This document shows, piece after piece, positions 29,236 to 40,199 of a DNA stretch of 64,000 bases. Origin of the DNA: a virus. Taxonomy: Duplodnaviria; Heunggongvirae; Uroviricota; Caudoviricetes. Each line of letters begins with the position of its first letter. Positions within the stretch are counted from its first letter, which is position 1. Position numbers and translations under genes: made by a program. The stretch lies in the IMG/VR virus record IMGVR_UViG_3300022747_000014, one strand, 5' to 3'. A model generated the notes under the pieces. The model had not been told where the DNA came from. It made no database searches and saw nothing but the letters and a program-made list of their open reading frames with translations.

Positions 29236-29634
29236 ATGAAAACATTGAATAAATCGGGCTTGGCAATTTGTGCAGCATTATTAGCAGCTTCGGCATTGTT
29301 AACAGGGTGTGGCGCCCGCACAGACGAGCAAGCCAAAGAGATGCTGACCAATCCCGACATCAACTTTGTCGGTGTATACGAAGGCTGCGAAGTCAAGTAT
29401 GTTGATCGTGGTTATCAAATCAAGAGTTTCTATATCGCCAAGTGCGGTAATACCAATACGGTTACTCAAAACTACAATGAGCAGAGTGGTAAGACAACAG
29501 TTTTTCGTCGCAGCACTGTAATCACACAAGAGATTGAAAAGTTGCAGGCAGAAAAAGCAGTGGCTGAGACAAAAGAAAAAGCACTGTCCAAGTTATCTAA
29601 CGAAGACAAAAAACTACTAGGAATCAAGGAGTAA
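29236..29634 (+). CDS. lipoprotein
   Basis: Signal peptide with lipobox LLTGC (MKTLNKSGLAICAALLAASALLTGCGA). Confidence 0.55.
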   Translation: MKTLNKSGLAICAALLAASALLTGCGARTDEQAKEMLTNPDINFVGVYEGCEVKYVDRGYQIKSFYIAKCGNTNTVTQNYNEQSGKTTVFRRSTVITQEIEKLQAEKAVAETKEKALSKLSNEDKKLLGIKE

Positions 29635-29845
29635 TCTATGGAAGTTAAATGGATCTGCATCTGCTTTGCAGTAGTTATGGGTAGTGTAGCAGTGGGCGAT
29701 GCTGTACACAAATACAGTAGTACTCAGTGCCGTATTGCATACTCATCTAGTGGGAAAAACGCCACAGAAATTACGGAAATTTGCAAATAATTGCAAATAG
29801 CCCAAAATGGTGTTATAATTTAGTTTTCAACAAAGGAGTTAGTAA

Positions 29846-30991
29846 ATGTTTAAACGCATTATGGTAGCAGTTGCATTCGGTCTTATGGCAATCGCTGCCC
29901 AAGCCGAAGCAACATTTGATCAGATCCAAGGACTGATCCAACAGCATCAATACGCAGCAGCAGCTCAGGGCTTGGAAGTAATTATCCAAAACCACCCCAA
30001 GTCAGCTAAGGCGTTTTACGCAATGGCACAAGCACAAGCAGGCTTGGGCAATCAAGAGAAAGCACAAAAGGCCCTTAACATTGCAACAGGCTTGAACCCA
30101 ACGCTGGACTTTGCGCCAGAGTCAAGTGTGCAAAGTTTGAAGGATGCAATTACTCCGCAAACTAAGAAGATTGAAGCAATTGAGGAAAGTCACACCGCCC
30201 GAAACGTGATGATTCTTTTAGTATTGGCTGTGTCTGGCTTTGCTATCTGGTTCGCATACGGACAGGCCAAGATTAAACGCGAAGAGGAAGCTGAAAATGC
30301 AGCCAATCTCGAACGTATTCGCAAAGAAGACGAGGAACGCCGTGCTCGTAATGCAGAACGTCGACGCCAAGAAGCTGAACAAGCTGCAAAGGAAATTGCC
30401 GAGCAGAATGCCAAAGAAGCTGCATTGAAGGCACATCCTAATTACGGACATGAACGCTTTGACTCAGCTAACCCTGACAAGTTGAAATCGGTCAAGCGGT
30501 TCAAAGAAGAACAGGCAGCGGCCAAGCAAGCGGCAGAATTGCGTGAGGCACAAGCTCGCGCAGAGGCAGCAGAAGCAGCAGCACGTCAAGCCCAACTCCG
30601 TGCAACATACAACGTCGGCACCCCGGCACCAGCGCCGACTACTACGGTTGTGCATACTAACTCGGGCAGCAACGACATGCTGACTGGTGTGTTGATTGGT
30701 AACATGCTGAGTGGCTCGCACCACGATCATAACACTACGGTGATCCGCGAAACTGTGCGTGAAGTCGAAACACCTGCCAAGGCACCACGCTCAAGCTGGG
30801 ATGACATTGACACTACACCTAGCAAGTCTAGCTCATGGGACGACACACCAAGCCGTTCTAGCTCACGTAGCTCTAGCTGGGACAGTGACTCTAGCTCAAG
30901 CAGCTCAAGCTCAAGCTGGTCTAGTTCAAGCAGCGACAGTGGTTCTAGCTGGAGCAGCAGCGACAGCAGCTCATCAAGCTCTTGGGATTAA
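29846..30991 (+). CDS. secreted/membrane-anchored protein with charged coiled-coil and Ser-rich SSSWD-repeat C-terminus
   Basis: Signal peptide MFKRIMVAVAFGLMAIAAQA, TPR-like N-domain, one TM helix, ERRRQEAEQAAKE charged segment, then a C-terminal ~70 aa of S/W/D low complexity (SSWDD...SSSWDSDSSSSSSSSSW...). Confidence 0.6.
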   Translation: MFKRIMVAVAFGLMAIAAQAEATFDQIQGLIQQHQYAAAAQGLEVIIQNHPKSAKAFYAMAQAQAGLGNQEKAQKALNIATGLNPTLDFAPESSVQSLKDAITPQTKKIEAIEESHTARNVMILLVLAVSGFAIWFAYGQAKIKREEEAENAANLERIRKEDEERRARNAERRRQEAEQAAKEIAEQNAKEAALKAHPNYGHERFDSANPDKLKSVKRFKEEQAAAKQAAELREAQARAEAAEAAARQAQLRATYNVGTPAPAPTTTVVHTNSGSNDMLTGVLIGNMLSGSHHDHNTTVIRETVREVETPAKAPRSSWDDIDTTPSKSSSWDDTPSRSSSRSSSWDSDSSSSSSSSSWSSSSSDSGSSWSSSDSSSSSSWD

Positions 30992-31003
30992 GGAGAAAGT
31001 AAC

Positions 31004-31507
31004 ATGATTGAAAGTATTTTGTTTGGGTTGGCCTTCCTTGCAACTTGGCCCGCAATTCTAGTATTGTGTATCTTGGGCATCTGGTGCGAACACGGCGAGT
31101 CCCGTGGTTGGGCAGTGTTTTGGGCATTGGTAGCAGGTGTAAGTGCATACTTCTACTTTGAGGTACCGTTACAAAGAATTGCTATTGCATCAGTTGGCTA
31201 TTTGTGCTTTGGTCTCGTCTGGAGCTTCTACCGCTACAAACGATTCATTACTGCTAAGGCTGAAGAGTATGCTGGCATGAAAACTGATTGGATGGACCTC
31301 GGTATTCAACGATTCCACCCAAGCAAGATGTTGGACACTATCACAGCATGGATCATTATCTGGCCCTTTAGCTTGATTGAGAACCTGTGTGGTGATATCA
31401 TCAACGGTATTGAAACCCTGGTCAAGCGTGTGTTCAACGGTGTTTACACTCGAATCTACAATGCCGCAGTAGCAGACATGATTCGCAAGGACGAAGGCGT
31501 GCGATGA
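31004..31507 (+). CDS. integral membrane protein
   Basis: 167 aa with several hydrophobic helices. Confidence 0.55.
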   Translation: MIESILFGLAFLATWPAILVLCILGIWCEHGESRGWAVFWALVAGVSAYFYFEVPLQRIAIASVGYLCFGLVWSFYRYKRFITAKAEEYAGMKTDWMDLGIQRFHPSKMLDTITAWIIIWPFSLIENLCGDIINGIETLVKRVFNGVYTRIYNAAVADMIRKDEGVR

Positions 31508-31606
31508 TCGTAATCGAAGCACTTCTCGTAGTTGGCGTAATTTGCGTAATTGGATTGGCCATTTACGCAGGTTACAATCTTGGTAAAACTTTTAAGAAAG
31601 ACTAAC

Positions 31607-32455
31607 ATGTTTTTAATTTCCGTTTCAATTATTGCAGCAATTGCAATGACCATTGCTGCTAAGGTAATGATCAATCGAGCTTCTGCAGGCGCACTTGCTG
31701 GCCTGGGCTTAGTGGCCGTGGTACTGGCACTTGAATCCTTTACTGTGGTGCCCGCGGGCCACGTAGGTGTACAAGTGACTCTAGGCACTGTAAATCAAAC
31801 AGCTTTGCCCGAAGGCGCTCAGTTTGTTAATCCAATTAGCAACGTCAAATATGTTGATGTGCGTTTGCAAAAAGCCAACTTTGATGGCGCAAGTGCAGGT
31901 ACACGTAACATTCAACAAGTGCATACAGACATTGTGGTTAACTACCGCATGAGTCCAAGCAAAGTGCCTTACATCTACAAAGAGTTTGGTCTTGACGTAG
32001 ACAGCAAAGTTCTTGGTCCAGCTATTAACGAAGCGTTTAAGTCAGTAGTCGGTCACTTTACCAGTGAAGAACTGATTACCAAACGCGATGAAGTTAACAC
32101 TGAAATTGTTGCACGTCTTAGCGAAAAGCTGGCACCATTTGATTTGATTGTCAATAACATCAGCTTGGTGAACTTTGGCTTCTCTAAGGCATACCAGGAT
32201 TCTATTGAAGCTAAAGTGATTGCTGAACAGCAAAAGCTCAAAGCCGATCAAGATCTGCAACGTATCAAAGTCGAAGCCGCAAGTCGTATAGCACAAGCCG
32301 AGGGCGAAGCCAAAGCTATTTCTATCCAAGCAAGTGCTATTCAAAGCCAGGGTGGTGCAGCATATGTTCAGTTGCAGGCAATTGAAAAGTGGAATGGCCA
32401 ACTGCCTAACACTATGCTTGGTAACAGCACACCGTTTGTTAACGTGGGCAAATAA
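31607..32455 (+). CDS. SPFH/band-7 (stomatin/prohibitin/HflC-like) domain protein
   Basis: N-terminal TM, then VVPAGHVGVQVTLGTV...DIVVNYRM and the downstream pattern typical of SPFH. Start trimmed to MFLISVS (track start 31550). A 33-aa TM micro-ORF (31504-31605) lies in between. Confidence 0.6.
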   Translation: MFLISVSIIAAIAMTIAAKVMINRASAGALAGLGLVAVVLALESFTVVPAGHVGVQVTLGTVNQTALPEGAQFVNPISNVKYVDVRLQKANFDGASAGTRNIQQVHTDIVVNYRMSPSKVPYIYKEFGLDVDSKVLGPAINEAFKSVVGHFTSEELITKRDEVNTEIVARLSEKLAPFDLIVNNISLVNFGFSKAYQDSIEAKVIAEQQKLKADQDLQRIKVEAASRIAQAEGEAKAISIQASAIQSQGGAAYVQLQAIEKWNGQLPNTMLGNSTPFVNVGK

Positions 32456-32662
32456 CATGGTGAAACGTTTGCTTTGGCAACGTACAGGGGGATACTGGCT
32501 GTTTTGGGCCAGTGTCCTATACTTAACAGCTGGTATAGTTGATGTATTTGTTTTAACAGACGACTATACCTTGCTGTTACAGTTTGCGTGGTTAACTGCA
32601 CTTGCTCTGCCATTGGTTTATCGTCCGTTAGCACATTGGCTTAACATGAGGACTGTCTGGGA

Positions 32663-32920
32663 ATGAAGCTGTGCAAATCTTGTGGAGACCCGGCATTCGT
32701 ATGCTGTGACTTTTGTGTGCACTTTGACTTTAATCCGGACAAGGATGGAGTCTATGCAGACAATGGTTGGTGTCGAATACACAAGCAACAACGAGAGCCC
32801 GAGGAGATGTGTGATCTGTTTAACTGCGAAGACAGACCAGAGAACACAAAGGCCAAGAAACAAAAAGAAAAACGTACTGCACTGTCTAAGAAATTAAACG
32901 GTAAAGTAACTAACTATTAA
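32663..32920 (+). CDS. Cys-rich small protein
   Basis: CKSCGD...CCDFC...C..H. Confidence 0.4.
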   Translation: MKLCKSCGDPAFVCCDFCVHFDFNPDKDGVYADNGWCRIHKQQREPEEMCDLFNCEDRPENTKAKKQKEKRTALSKKLNGKVTNY

Positions 32921-32928
32921 ATATTTGT

Positions 32929-33243
32929 ATGAGTAACGAAACAGCTAAATTTTTAAATTCCCGTCGCCGACACAAAACTGATGTGCATATTGCACGCCAA
33001 TTAAAGATTGCCAAGTCTTCAAGTAGTTATAATCCAAAACTTGATCGTGAGCCACATCGACTAGCCAAGCATCATGCTATGGACTGTGGTAACCCAAAGT
33101 GTGGACTTTGCGGCAATCCTCGTCATATTCGCAAAGGCGAAGACGGTAGTTATACAGTGCAAGAACGCCGTCAAATGCAAGACGTGGAAGCTGTGCGTGA
33201 TGTACGCAGCAACGGTCTAGCACCTGAACAAGAGAAAGAATAA
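32929..33243 (+). CDS. hypothetical protein
   Basis: 104-aa ORF followed by a terminator. Confidence 0.45.
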   Translation: MSNETAKFLNSRRRHKTDVHIARQLKIAKSSSSYNPKLDREPHRLAKHHAMDCGNPKCGLCGNPRHIRKGEDGSYTVQERRQMQDVEAVRDVRSNGLAPEQEKE

Positions 33244-33295
33244 GTTTTCGGTTACGGCCATTGTTTTCTAGCTCCTGTAAGTCCGTAACCTTTTG

Positions 33296-33328
33296 CCCCG
33301 GCTGTTCGCAGTCGGGGTTTTTTTCTTT
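33296..33328 (+). terminator. rho-independent terminator
   Basis: CCCCGGCTG-TTCG-CAGTCGGGG followed by TTTTTTTC. Confidence 0.7.
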
Positions 33329-33362
33329 TGACGTGAACAAGTAAATGTGTTAAAATAGTGAC

Positions 33363-34571
33363 ATGAATAAATTTGAATACGTTGAAGAGTATGTTGAAGT
33401 CTTGGCTGGATACCGCGATCCAGTTACACTTAAAGTTGATCCCAATGTAACGTGGCTATGGTCCTTTGATCCTATTATTAGTCTAGCAAGGTACGATGTC
33501 AGTGTATTAACCAGCATGACAGATCAAATTATCACAAAGCAAGCACTAACCGAACGTCAAGGTGAATTGCTAGTAAAGATTATTCTCAAATATCAACGCC
33601 AGTTTGCTGCCAAGGGCATTGACGTATCGCCCATTGAATCGGGTCCTGTGTGGCGTGTGCCCTTACGCAAGATGGATTACAGCAAGCGGTTGTCTATTGA
33701 AAACGACAGCATTATTGTTCGGTTTCCTTTTAACAATCAACTGATCGATTCAATTAAAGGTTTCGTTAAACTGAGTCAAGGCAATGCCAAATGGGATAAG
33801 GATTGTAAATTCTGGCGCATAGCCTTGACCGAATTCAATCTCAGCTGGTTAGTGGCCTGGGCCGAAGTTAATCAATTTGAAATTGACAGCAATGTTACGG
33901 TGTTAATGAACAAGATTTTAGAAGCAGAGAAAACAGACTTTGCAATTGAACTATGCATCAACAATGAGGGTTTATACATCCGTAATGCAGAGCGTTCGCT
34001 AATAGACTACATTGAGAATAATCTAGGCGGATTCGGTGCAGATAATGCGCTTAAACTAGCTGATATGGCGCCAGTATTGGGCTATTCTATTGAAAAAGAC
34101 CTTGCTAGTGCCATCACGAGTGCATACGGACACAGATTTTATAATCTAGTTAGCAATCGTGAACTTAAAATCAACCCATCTACACTGCTTACCACTGACG
34201 ACTTTGAAAGTGTCATTGAGTATGCAGAAAAGTCTGACCGCTTGCCTGTTATTATCTATGAACCAGATCTCAGCGGTCGTTTGTTAAATAAACTTACAGA
34301 ACATAGGCCCAACAGCATTATTTTTAATGTTGGGCATCAAAAGAATGTTAGTATTCCTGCTGGCACAGAATTTATCTATACAGCAACCACAATTAAAAAT
34401 ATGAATCGTATTCCTCTAATTGTCAGTAGTGCAGGAATGGTGTTTAGCGGAGATAAACAGCGTATGTTGCAATGTGCCGAAAAGTTTGTATATGTTGCTG
34501 CTGAAGTATACAATACAGCTAATAGAAATAATATAAAGGTACGACCTCTTGCAAGCAAAACTAATAATTAA
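33363..34571 (+). CDS. hypothetical protein (precedes the SF2 helicase)
   Basis: 402-aa ORF. TTGACG/TAAAAT-like promoter sequence upstream. Confidence 0.6.
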   Translation: MNKFEYVEEYVEVLAGYRDPVTLKVDPNVTWLWSFDPIISLARYDVSVLTSMTDQIITKQALTERQGELLVKIILKYQRQFAAKGIDVSPIESGPVWRVPLRKMDYSKRLSIENDSIIVRFPFNNQLIDSIKGFVKLSQGNAKWDKDCKFWRIALTEFNLSWLVAWAEVNQFEIDSNVTVLMNKILEAEKTDFAIELCINNEGLYIRNAERSLIDYIENNLGGFGADNALKLADMAPVLGYSIEKDLASAITSAYGHRFYNLVSNRELKINPSTLLTTDDFESVIEYAEKSDRLPVIIYEPDLSGRLLNKLTEHRPNSIIFNVGHQKNVSIPAGTEFIYTATTIKNMNRIPLIVSSAGMVFSGDKQRMLQCAEKFVYVAAEVYNTANRNNIKVRPLASKTNN

Positions 34572-36075
34572 AGATGAAGTCAACGTAAAAATAGAAGGCT
34601 TAGAATTAGGAACTAGAAAGAAACTTGTAGACCGTTTCAAATATGAAATACCTGGTGCAAAATATCAACCAGCAGTTAGATTAGGCAGATGGGACGGTAA
34701 AGTAAGTTTCTTTAGTTTGGGTGGTAGCAGTTATATTAATTTACTACCCGACATTCTACCAATTATAGACGGTGATGGTTACAGTATAGAAATAGAAGAT
34801 CTTAGAGACTATACTACTAAAATAGAGTTTAACGAGTTTAAAGAAGACACATTCGCGCATAAGTTATGGCCCACAGGGCATCCGGAAGCAGGTAAGCCGG
34901 TATTATTTAGAGATTACCAAGTTGAAATTATAAACAACTTTTTACAGAACCCGCAATCACTTCAAGAAGTTGCCACAGGCGCCGGCAAAACAATTATGAC
35001 AGCGGCGCTATCATTGATGGCAGAGAAGTACGGTCGCAGCGTTGTTATTGTTCCAAACAAGAGCCTTGTTACACAAACTGAAGCCGACTATAAAAACTTG
35101 GGATTAGACGTTGGCGTTTACTTTGGCGATCGTAAAGAAGTGGGTAGACAGCACACTATCTGCACATGGCAAAGCCTTAATATCTTGCTAAAGAACAGCG
35201 AAGGTCGTAATAGTGAAAATGAGCCAGCCAGCCTACGTCTTATTAAAGATCCTACAGACTATATCATTGACGATCTAGTAGATGGCGTATCTTTAATCAT
35301 GGTAGACGAAGTGCACATGGCCAAAGCCGATGCATTAAAAACTCTATTAACTAGTGTATTTGCACGAGTGCCGTTACGTTGGGGTCTTACAGGTACAGTT
35401 CCAAAGGAAGAACATGCAAAAGTCAGCATTTTCTGTAGTCTCGGACCAGTAGTTGGTCAACTGTCTGCTAGCGAACTTCAAGAAGCAGGCCACTTGGCCA
35501 AATGCCATGTAAATATAGTACAGCTTAAAGACCACGTTGAGTACAAGGATTACCAAAGTGAGTTGAAGTATCTAACTACTACAGTGTCACGCATTGCATA
35601 TCTTGCAAGGCTAGTTGAAAAGATCAAAGAAGGTGGCAACACATTGATCTTAGTTGACAGGATCGAAACTGGTAAAATATTGCAAGCTGAACTCAGTACC
35701 TTGTTTAGTTTGCTAAGTGATAAACCGGATGTAGCGTTTGTCAGCGGAGCAACTAAGGCAACAGACCGCAAGGAAGAATACGACGATGTGGCTACAGCAA
35801 CTAACAAGATTATTATTGCAACCTATGGCGTTGCTGCTGTGGGTATTAATATTCCCCGTATATTCAACTTGGTCCTTATTGAACCCGGAAAGAGCTTCGT
35901 GCGTGTCATTCAATCCATTGGACGAGGGATACGAAAAGCCGAAGACAAGGATTTTGTACAGATCTGGGATATTACTAGCTCGTGTAAGTTTGCTAAACGA
36001 CATTTAACTAAGCGTAAACAATTCTACAACGAAGCTAACTATCCTTATTCAATTGAAAAGATAGATTGGCAATGA
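34549..36075 (+). CDS. SF2 DEAD/DEAH-box DNA helicase (UvsW-like)
   Basis: Motif I ATGAGKT, motif II DEVH, helicase-C region GINIPRIFNLVLIEPGKSFVRVIQSIGRGIR. Confidence 0.75.
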   Translation: MQAKLIIKDEVNVKIEGLELGTRKKLVDRFKYEIPGAKYQPAVRLGRWDGKVSFFSLGGSSYINLLPDILPIIDGDGYSIEIEDLRDYTTKIEFNEFKEDTFAHKLWPTGHPEAGKPVLFRDYQVEIINNFLQNPQSLQEVATGAGKTIMTAALSLMAEKYGRSVVIVPNKSLVTQTEADYKNLGLDVGVYFGDRKEVGRQHTICTWQSLNILLKNSEGRNSENEPASLRLIKDPTDYIIDDLVDGVSLIMVDEVHMAKADALKTLLTSVFARVPLRWGLTGTVPKEEHAKVSIFCSLGPVVGQLSASELQEAGHLAKCHVNIVQLKDHVEYKDYQSELKYLTTTVSRIAYLARLVEKIKEGGNTLILVDRIETGKILQAELSTLFSLLSDKPDVAFVSGATKATDRKEEYDDVATATNKIIIATYGVAAVGINIPRIFNLVLIEPGKSFVRVIQSIGRGIRKAEDKDFVQIWDITSSCKFAKRHLTKRKQFYNEANYPYSIEKIDWQ

Positions 36076-36272
36076 AGATTACATCTAAGGAAATTACCGC
36101 ACTTGGTAATATCATAGTAACAGTTTCTACCGATTGGGACGAAGACGATAATATGACTGATTGGTGTTTAGCACACCAATGCGGTAAGAAAGTTGCAATC
36201 AGAAGATATGCATTTAAAACAGAAGCAGAGCTGACTATGTTTCGGCTACGTTGGGAATCATAAAAGGAAAAC

Positions 36273-36773
36273 ATGAGAATATTAACATTAGACAACACAA
36301 GCTACGAAATGGATCAAATCCCTGATGAGATTGATGAAGTAAGATTTTGTGTATTAGACAATAGTGACCCAAAGGATCCGGATTACTTTTATATTCCGCT
36401 AATCTTTCTAGAGAGTTTTAATAGTCCTGCATTAGTTTTACGCATAGGCGAAAGTGTTATACGTATGCCAGTTGATTGGCAACTGCTAATCGGGGAACCG
36501 GATTTTGGAGACTTGGAAGTAGTACCTTTAACTAGTATCAATGATAGGGGCTTTAGTGTATTCTGTTTTAACCCCTTAACCAGCTTTAAACCCGAGTTTA
36601 AGCCCGTCGAAATTGTTGATATATATCAAGATGTCAAATGGTACTTTCCCAAGCTAAAACCGGGTCAAATGCTAGCAGTGCCACTAACAGAAGGAAGCGA
36701 ACCTCTGTGTGCATATTTTATCAAAGATATCAGCAGACAAAGCGAAGTGGTAGATTATTCAAAGTGTTGGTAA
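36273..36773 (+). CDS. hypothetical protein
   Basis: 166 aa. Confidence 0.5.
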   Translation: MRILTLDNTSYEMDQIPDEIDEVRFCVLDNSDPKDPDYFYIPLIFLESFNSPALVLRIGESVIRMPVDWQLLIGEPDFGDLEVVPLTSINDRGFSVFCFNPLTSFKPEFKPVEIVDIYQDVKWYFPKLKPGQMLAVPLTEGSEPLCAYFIKDISRQSEVVDYSKCW

Positions 36774-37173
36774 TATGGGCAATTATACAGAACCACAAAT
36801 TTTCGAAACTATTAATAGACTTGCACGAATCTATTTAGAAAGTTACCCAGACGACAAGGAAGGACTAGAGCGTTTCTTGCGTTGGGCGCATACACAATAT
36901 GGGTACACATATGGGACAACTTAAACCGGGCGTCACCTACATTTACGAAAGCCCTGATGGCGGAGAAACTACCTATGCTAGAGAAGCAGGCACCAATGAG
37001 CGTGTACTAATTGGTGAGACCTACAAAGCACGTAGTAAACTGGATCAGATCCAAGAGGACAAACTTTGGGGTAACATTCGTCGTAAAGCAATGACCCATA
37101 AAGGCTTGGCAGAGGAATTAGAGCGTGTTATAATTTTCTACAAGCTGCTTGAACAAGAACAAAATGAAATAAT

Positions 37174-37656
37174 GTGGCACCCAGTATGACAGATAAGTTA
37201 CATATCGACTATGAAATGACTCAACTCAATTTAAAGAACAGAGACTTCTTTGATGAGTTAACAGACGACGAGAAGAAAAAGTTTAGCCCTTACTTGATGA
37301 TTAGATGGTCTGCTAGTACCATTGGCTCAAGTGAAATGGAAGCATATTATCTGGCCAGTTGCAATGAAAGACTAAACAAAAACTTCTTTGATATCAGTAC
37401 AGCCAAGCACAAGAAGTTTCAGTGGCTGTTGGCGACTACAGTGAGTCCGGGCATGGGCAAGCAACGATACAAATGGCTTGCTGGCAAGAAAAAAGCTGGT
37501 CCTAAAAACAAAACCGAAGCATTATTGGTTGAATTGTATCCACATGCCAAGATGGACGAGATTGAGTTAATGTCTGAGATTAACACCTTAGATGATATTA
37601 AACAACTGGCTAGACAGCACGGGTGGGAAGATAAGAAGATCAAAGAATATCTATGA
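37174..37656 (+). CDS. hypothetical protein
   Basis: 160 aa. Confidence 0.5.
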   Translation: MAPSMTDKLHIDYEMTQLNLKNRDFFDELTDDEKKKFSPYLMIRWSASTIGSSEMEAYYLASCNERLNKNFFDISTAKHKKFQWLLATTVSPGMGKQRYKWLAGKKKAGPKNKTEALLVELYPHAKMDEIELMSEINTLDDIKQLARQHGWEDKKIKEYL

Positions 37657-38357
37657 AGTTTGTGTTAAATGGCTGTAGCTATGCAGCTAACTATTATCTT
37701 GTAAAACATTTAGTTAGAAATCTAGGCTATAACGAGTTTTTCGATCTAGCCAAAGGTGGGCGTAGCAACAGGCAATTAATTAGAACCACACTAGAATACA
37801 TAGAAGAACACGGCGCAGACTTTGTGCTATTGAGTTTATCATTTTGGGATAGATTTGAATCTCCTTTTATTGAGCCCGAGCTGGGCGTTGACAACTGGGT
37901 TAACTATCGCAGACAAGGCACACAAAGCGGATATATTCCCGCCGGTGCAGTCTTTATATCGGGCACAGACAACCATGACATAGACAAGTACATTGGCACA
38001 AGGTACCAGTATGAAGTATCGATGAAGTGTATTGATCAGCAGATGTGCGATCTAGTTATGTTTACTGCATATCTAGACAGCAAAAACATCAAGTATCTAA
38101 TCTACAATGCATGTGAGACCAATTACGGCAAGTACTTTGACACAGTTAGTCCCAAGTACCGTACAATGATTGAACGTAACCCACGCATTGTGCCATTGGA
38201 TAAGTTTATATCCAATTTGTTCTTGTCGGAACATGGTGCAACATGGGCAGAATCTGAAAACCAATGGCCGCCACATGCCAAGCATTATGATGGGGAATAC
38301 TATGTACATCTCAACAACTATTTGTTACACTACTTGACTACGAATAATTTGATATGA
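37653..38357 (+). CDS. hypothetical protein
   Basis: 234 aa. Confidence 0.5.
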   Translation: MKFVLNGCSYAANYYLVKHLVRNLGYNEFFDLAKGGRSNRQLIRTTLEYIEEHGADFVLLSLSFWDRFESPFIEPELGVDNWVNYRRQGTQSGYIPAGAVFISGTDNHDIDKYIGTRYQYEVSMKCIDQQMCDLVMFTAYLDSKNIKYLIYNACETNYGKYFDTVSPKYRTMIERNPRIVPLDKFISNLFLSEHGATWAESENQWPPHAKHYDGEYYVHLNNYLLHYLTTNNLI

Positions 38358-39037
38358 AACACAAGTGCCGATACTGTAATAAAGAATTTGTAAAAGAGTC
38401 TACTCTGACTTCGCATGTTTGCGAGCAAAAACGTAGACACCAGCAACAGCACGAAACTGGTGTACAATTTGGCTTTAGGGCATATTTGCGATTTTATGAA
38501 CTAACGCAATCATCTACTAAACCAAAGACATATGAAGATTTTGCCAGCGGATCTTATTACACCGCCTTTGTTAAATTTGGAAGATACTGTGTTGACATTA
38601 GATGCATTAACTTTATAAATTTCACTGAGTGGTTACTAAAAAATAACAAGAAACTAGACTACTGGTGCAAGGACAGTTTATACATCGAATGGTTGCACCC
38701 ATATTTACAAAAAGAAGCAGTTCAAGATGCATTTGAACGTGCACTAAAAGAGATGCAAAACTATGCAGACGATCATCCAGAACTTAAAAACGGCTTTACA
38801 GACTACTTTAGATACGGCAATGCTAATAGGATCTGTCATCATATTAGTACCGGTAGGGTTAGTCCTTGGGTTGTATACAATTGTTCCAGCGGTATTAACT
38901 TTCTTGATCAACTCAATGAAACCCAAACGTCGATGATATGGGATTATATTGAGCCCACAACATGGCAACGCAAGTTTAAAGAATATCCCAACGATGTGGC
39001 CTGGATAAAAGGCATAGCAGAGACAGCCGGACTATGA
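38354..39037 (+). CDS. hypothetical protein with N-terminal C2H2-like zinc finger
   Basis: CRYCNKEF...H..C pattern at the N-terminus. Confidence 0.5.
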   Translation: MKHKCRYCNKEFVKESTLTSHVCEQKRRHQQQHETGVQFGFRAYLRFYELTQSSTKPKTYEDFASGSYYTAFVKFGRYCVDIRCINFINFTEWLLKNNKKLDYWCKDSLYIEWLHPYLQKEAVQDAFERALKEMQNYADDHPELKNGFTDYFRYGNANRICHHISTGRVSPWVVYNCSSGINFLDQLNETQTSMIWDYIEPTTWQRKFKEYPNDVAWIKGIAETAGL

Positions 39038-39224
39038 AACTGATAGTTATTCCATGTGAACGTCGCGATTCCACTATGCGCGGTATTGAAATGAGCTACT
39101 GGTGTCGGGATCAAGGGCTAGTACGTGACAAGGATTACGATTGGGCATTTAGTACGCAGCGTAAAGAATTGCATTTTCGATTCTTTGATCATGCAGAAAC
39201 TTTTGCCACACTATTTACATTGAG

Positions 39225-39821
39225 ATGGTCATGAAATTTAACAGTGATATTGATATCGACTTTGGAAACAGAGACATTGCATTAAAATTGCTAGAGCACA
39301 CTCCGGCTGGCATTATTCGTGATGGAAAATTAGTAAAACACAATACAGGTGTCTATGTTACGAGAATCCCCGAAGATCCTTTTAGTGGCATTGCTAGTTT
39401 AGATTATCATGTTGCTGAAGAACGCGGCTACACCAAGTTGGACTTTCTTAATGTATCTTTGTATTCGCAGGTGCAAAGCGAGCAGCATCTACAGGAACTA
39501 ATTGATCAAGACCCAGATTGGGCGAAATTGTATGATCCTGAGTTTTGTGCTAAGTTAATTCACATCGGTAATCACTACGACACGTTGATTAAGATGCCCG
39601 AAGCTGTCAACAGTATACCACGTATGGCAATGTTTTTGAGTGTAATTCGCCCTGCTAAAAGGCACTTAATTGGAAAAACTTGGAAAGAGGTAGCAGAAAC
39701 AGTTTGGGAACCTGACGCCAATGGGGCATACGCATTCAAACGTTCGCATAGTGTTGCCTACAGCCATTTAGTTGTAGTCCATATGAACCTTTTAACCCAA
39801 GCGTCTAACAAGGGTAATTGA
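39225..39821 (+). CDS. hypothetical protein
   Basis: 198 aa. Confidence 0.5.
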   Translation: MVMKFNSDIDIDFGNRDIALKLLEHTPAGIIRDGKLVKHNTGVYVTRIPEDPFSGIASLDYHVAEERGYTKLDFLNVSLYSQVQSEQHLQELIDQDPDWAKLYDPEFCAKLIHIGNHYDTLIKMPEAVNSIPRMAMFLSVIRPAKRHLIGKTWKEVAETVWEPDANGAYAFKRSHSVAYSHLVVVHMNLLTQASNKGN

Positions 39822-40175
39822 TTTACGTTTGCTACGTTTAGTGGCCATTTCTTTGAGGCTAACGTAGGGCCCCATTTTTATTTCTACGTCCTTGCTGTTC
39901 ATAGTGCGTAAGCATACTTTAAACACGGCCCAATCCTGTTTTAAAAACACATTAATCGGGATTAAACGGTTACTTTCCCACCACCACGTTTCCCCTAGCT
40001 CTAAGAACGCCTTCTTAACAGAGTCGTCCTTTAGCTGACCAAAGTCATAAATTGTTGTTATTACTTCGTCAAAGTTTTGAATTATTCCAATATAGTCATT
40101 ACCGCCATAGGTAACATAGCTAATAAAGGGGTATTTGGATAATAGTTGCTTGTAGTGATCTTCCACGGTTTTCAA
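39792..40175 (-). CDS. hypothetical protein (lone minus-strand gene in a plus-strand block)
   Basis: 127-aa ORF; convergent with the upstream gene. Confidence 0.4.
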   Translation of the reverse strand: MKTVEDHYKQLLSKYPFISYVTYGGNDYIGIIQNFDEVITTIYDFGQLKDDSVKKAFLELGETWWWESNRLIPINVFLKQDWAVFKVCLRTMNSKDVEIKMGPYVSLKEMATKRSKRKSITLVRRLG

Positions 40176-40199
40176 TAAATATGTTTAAAGATAATCAAA

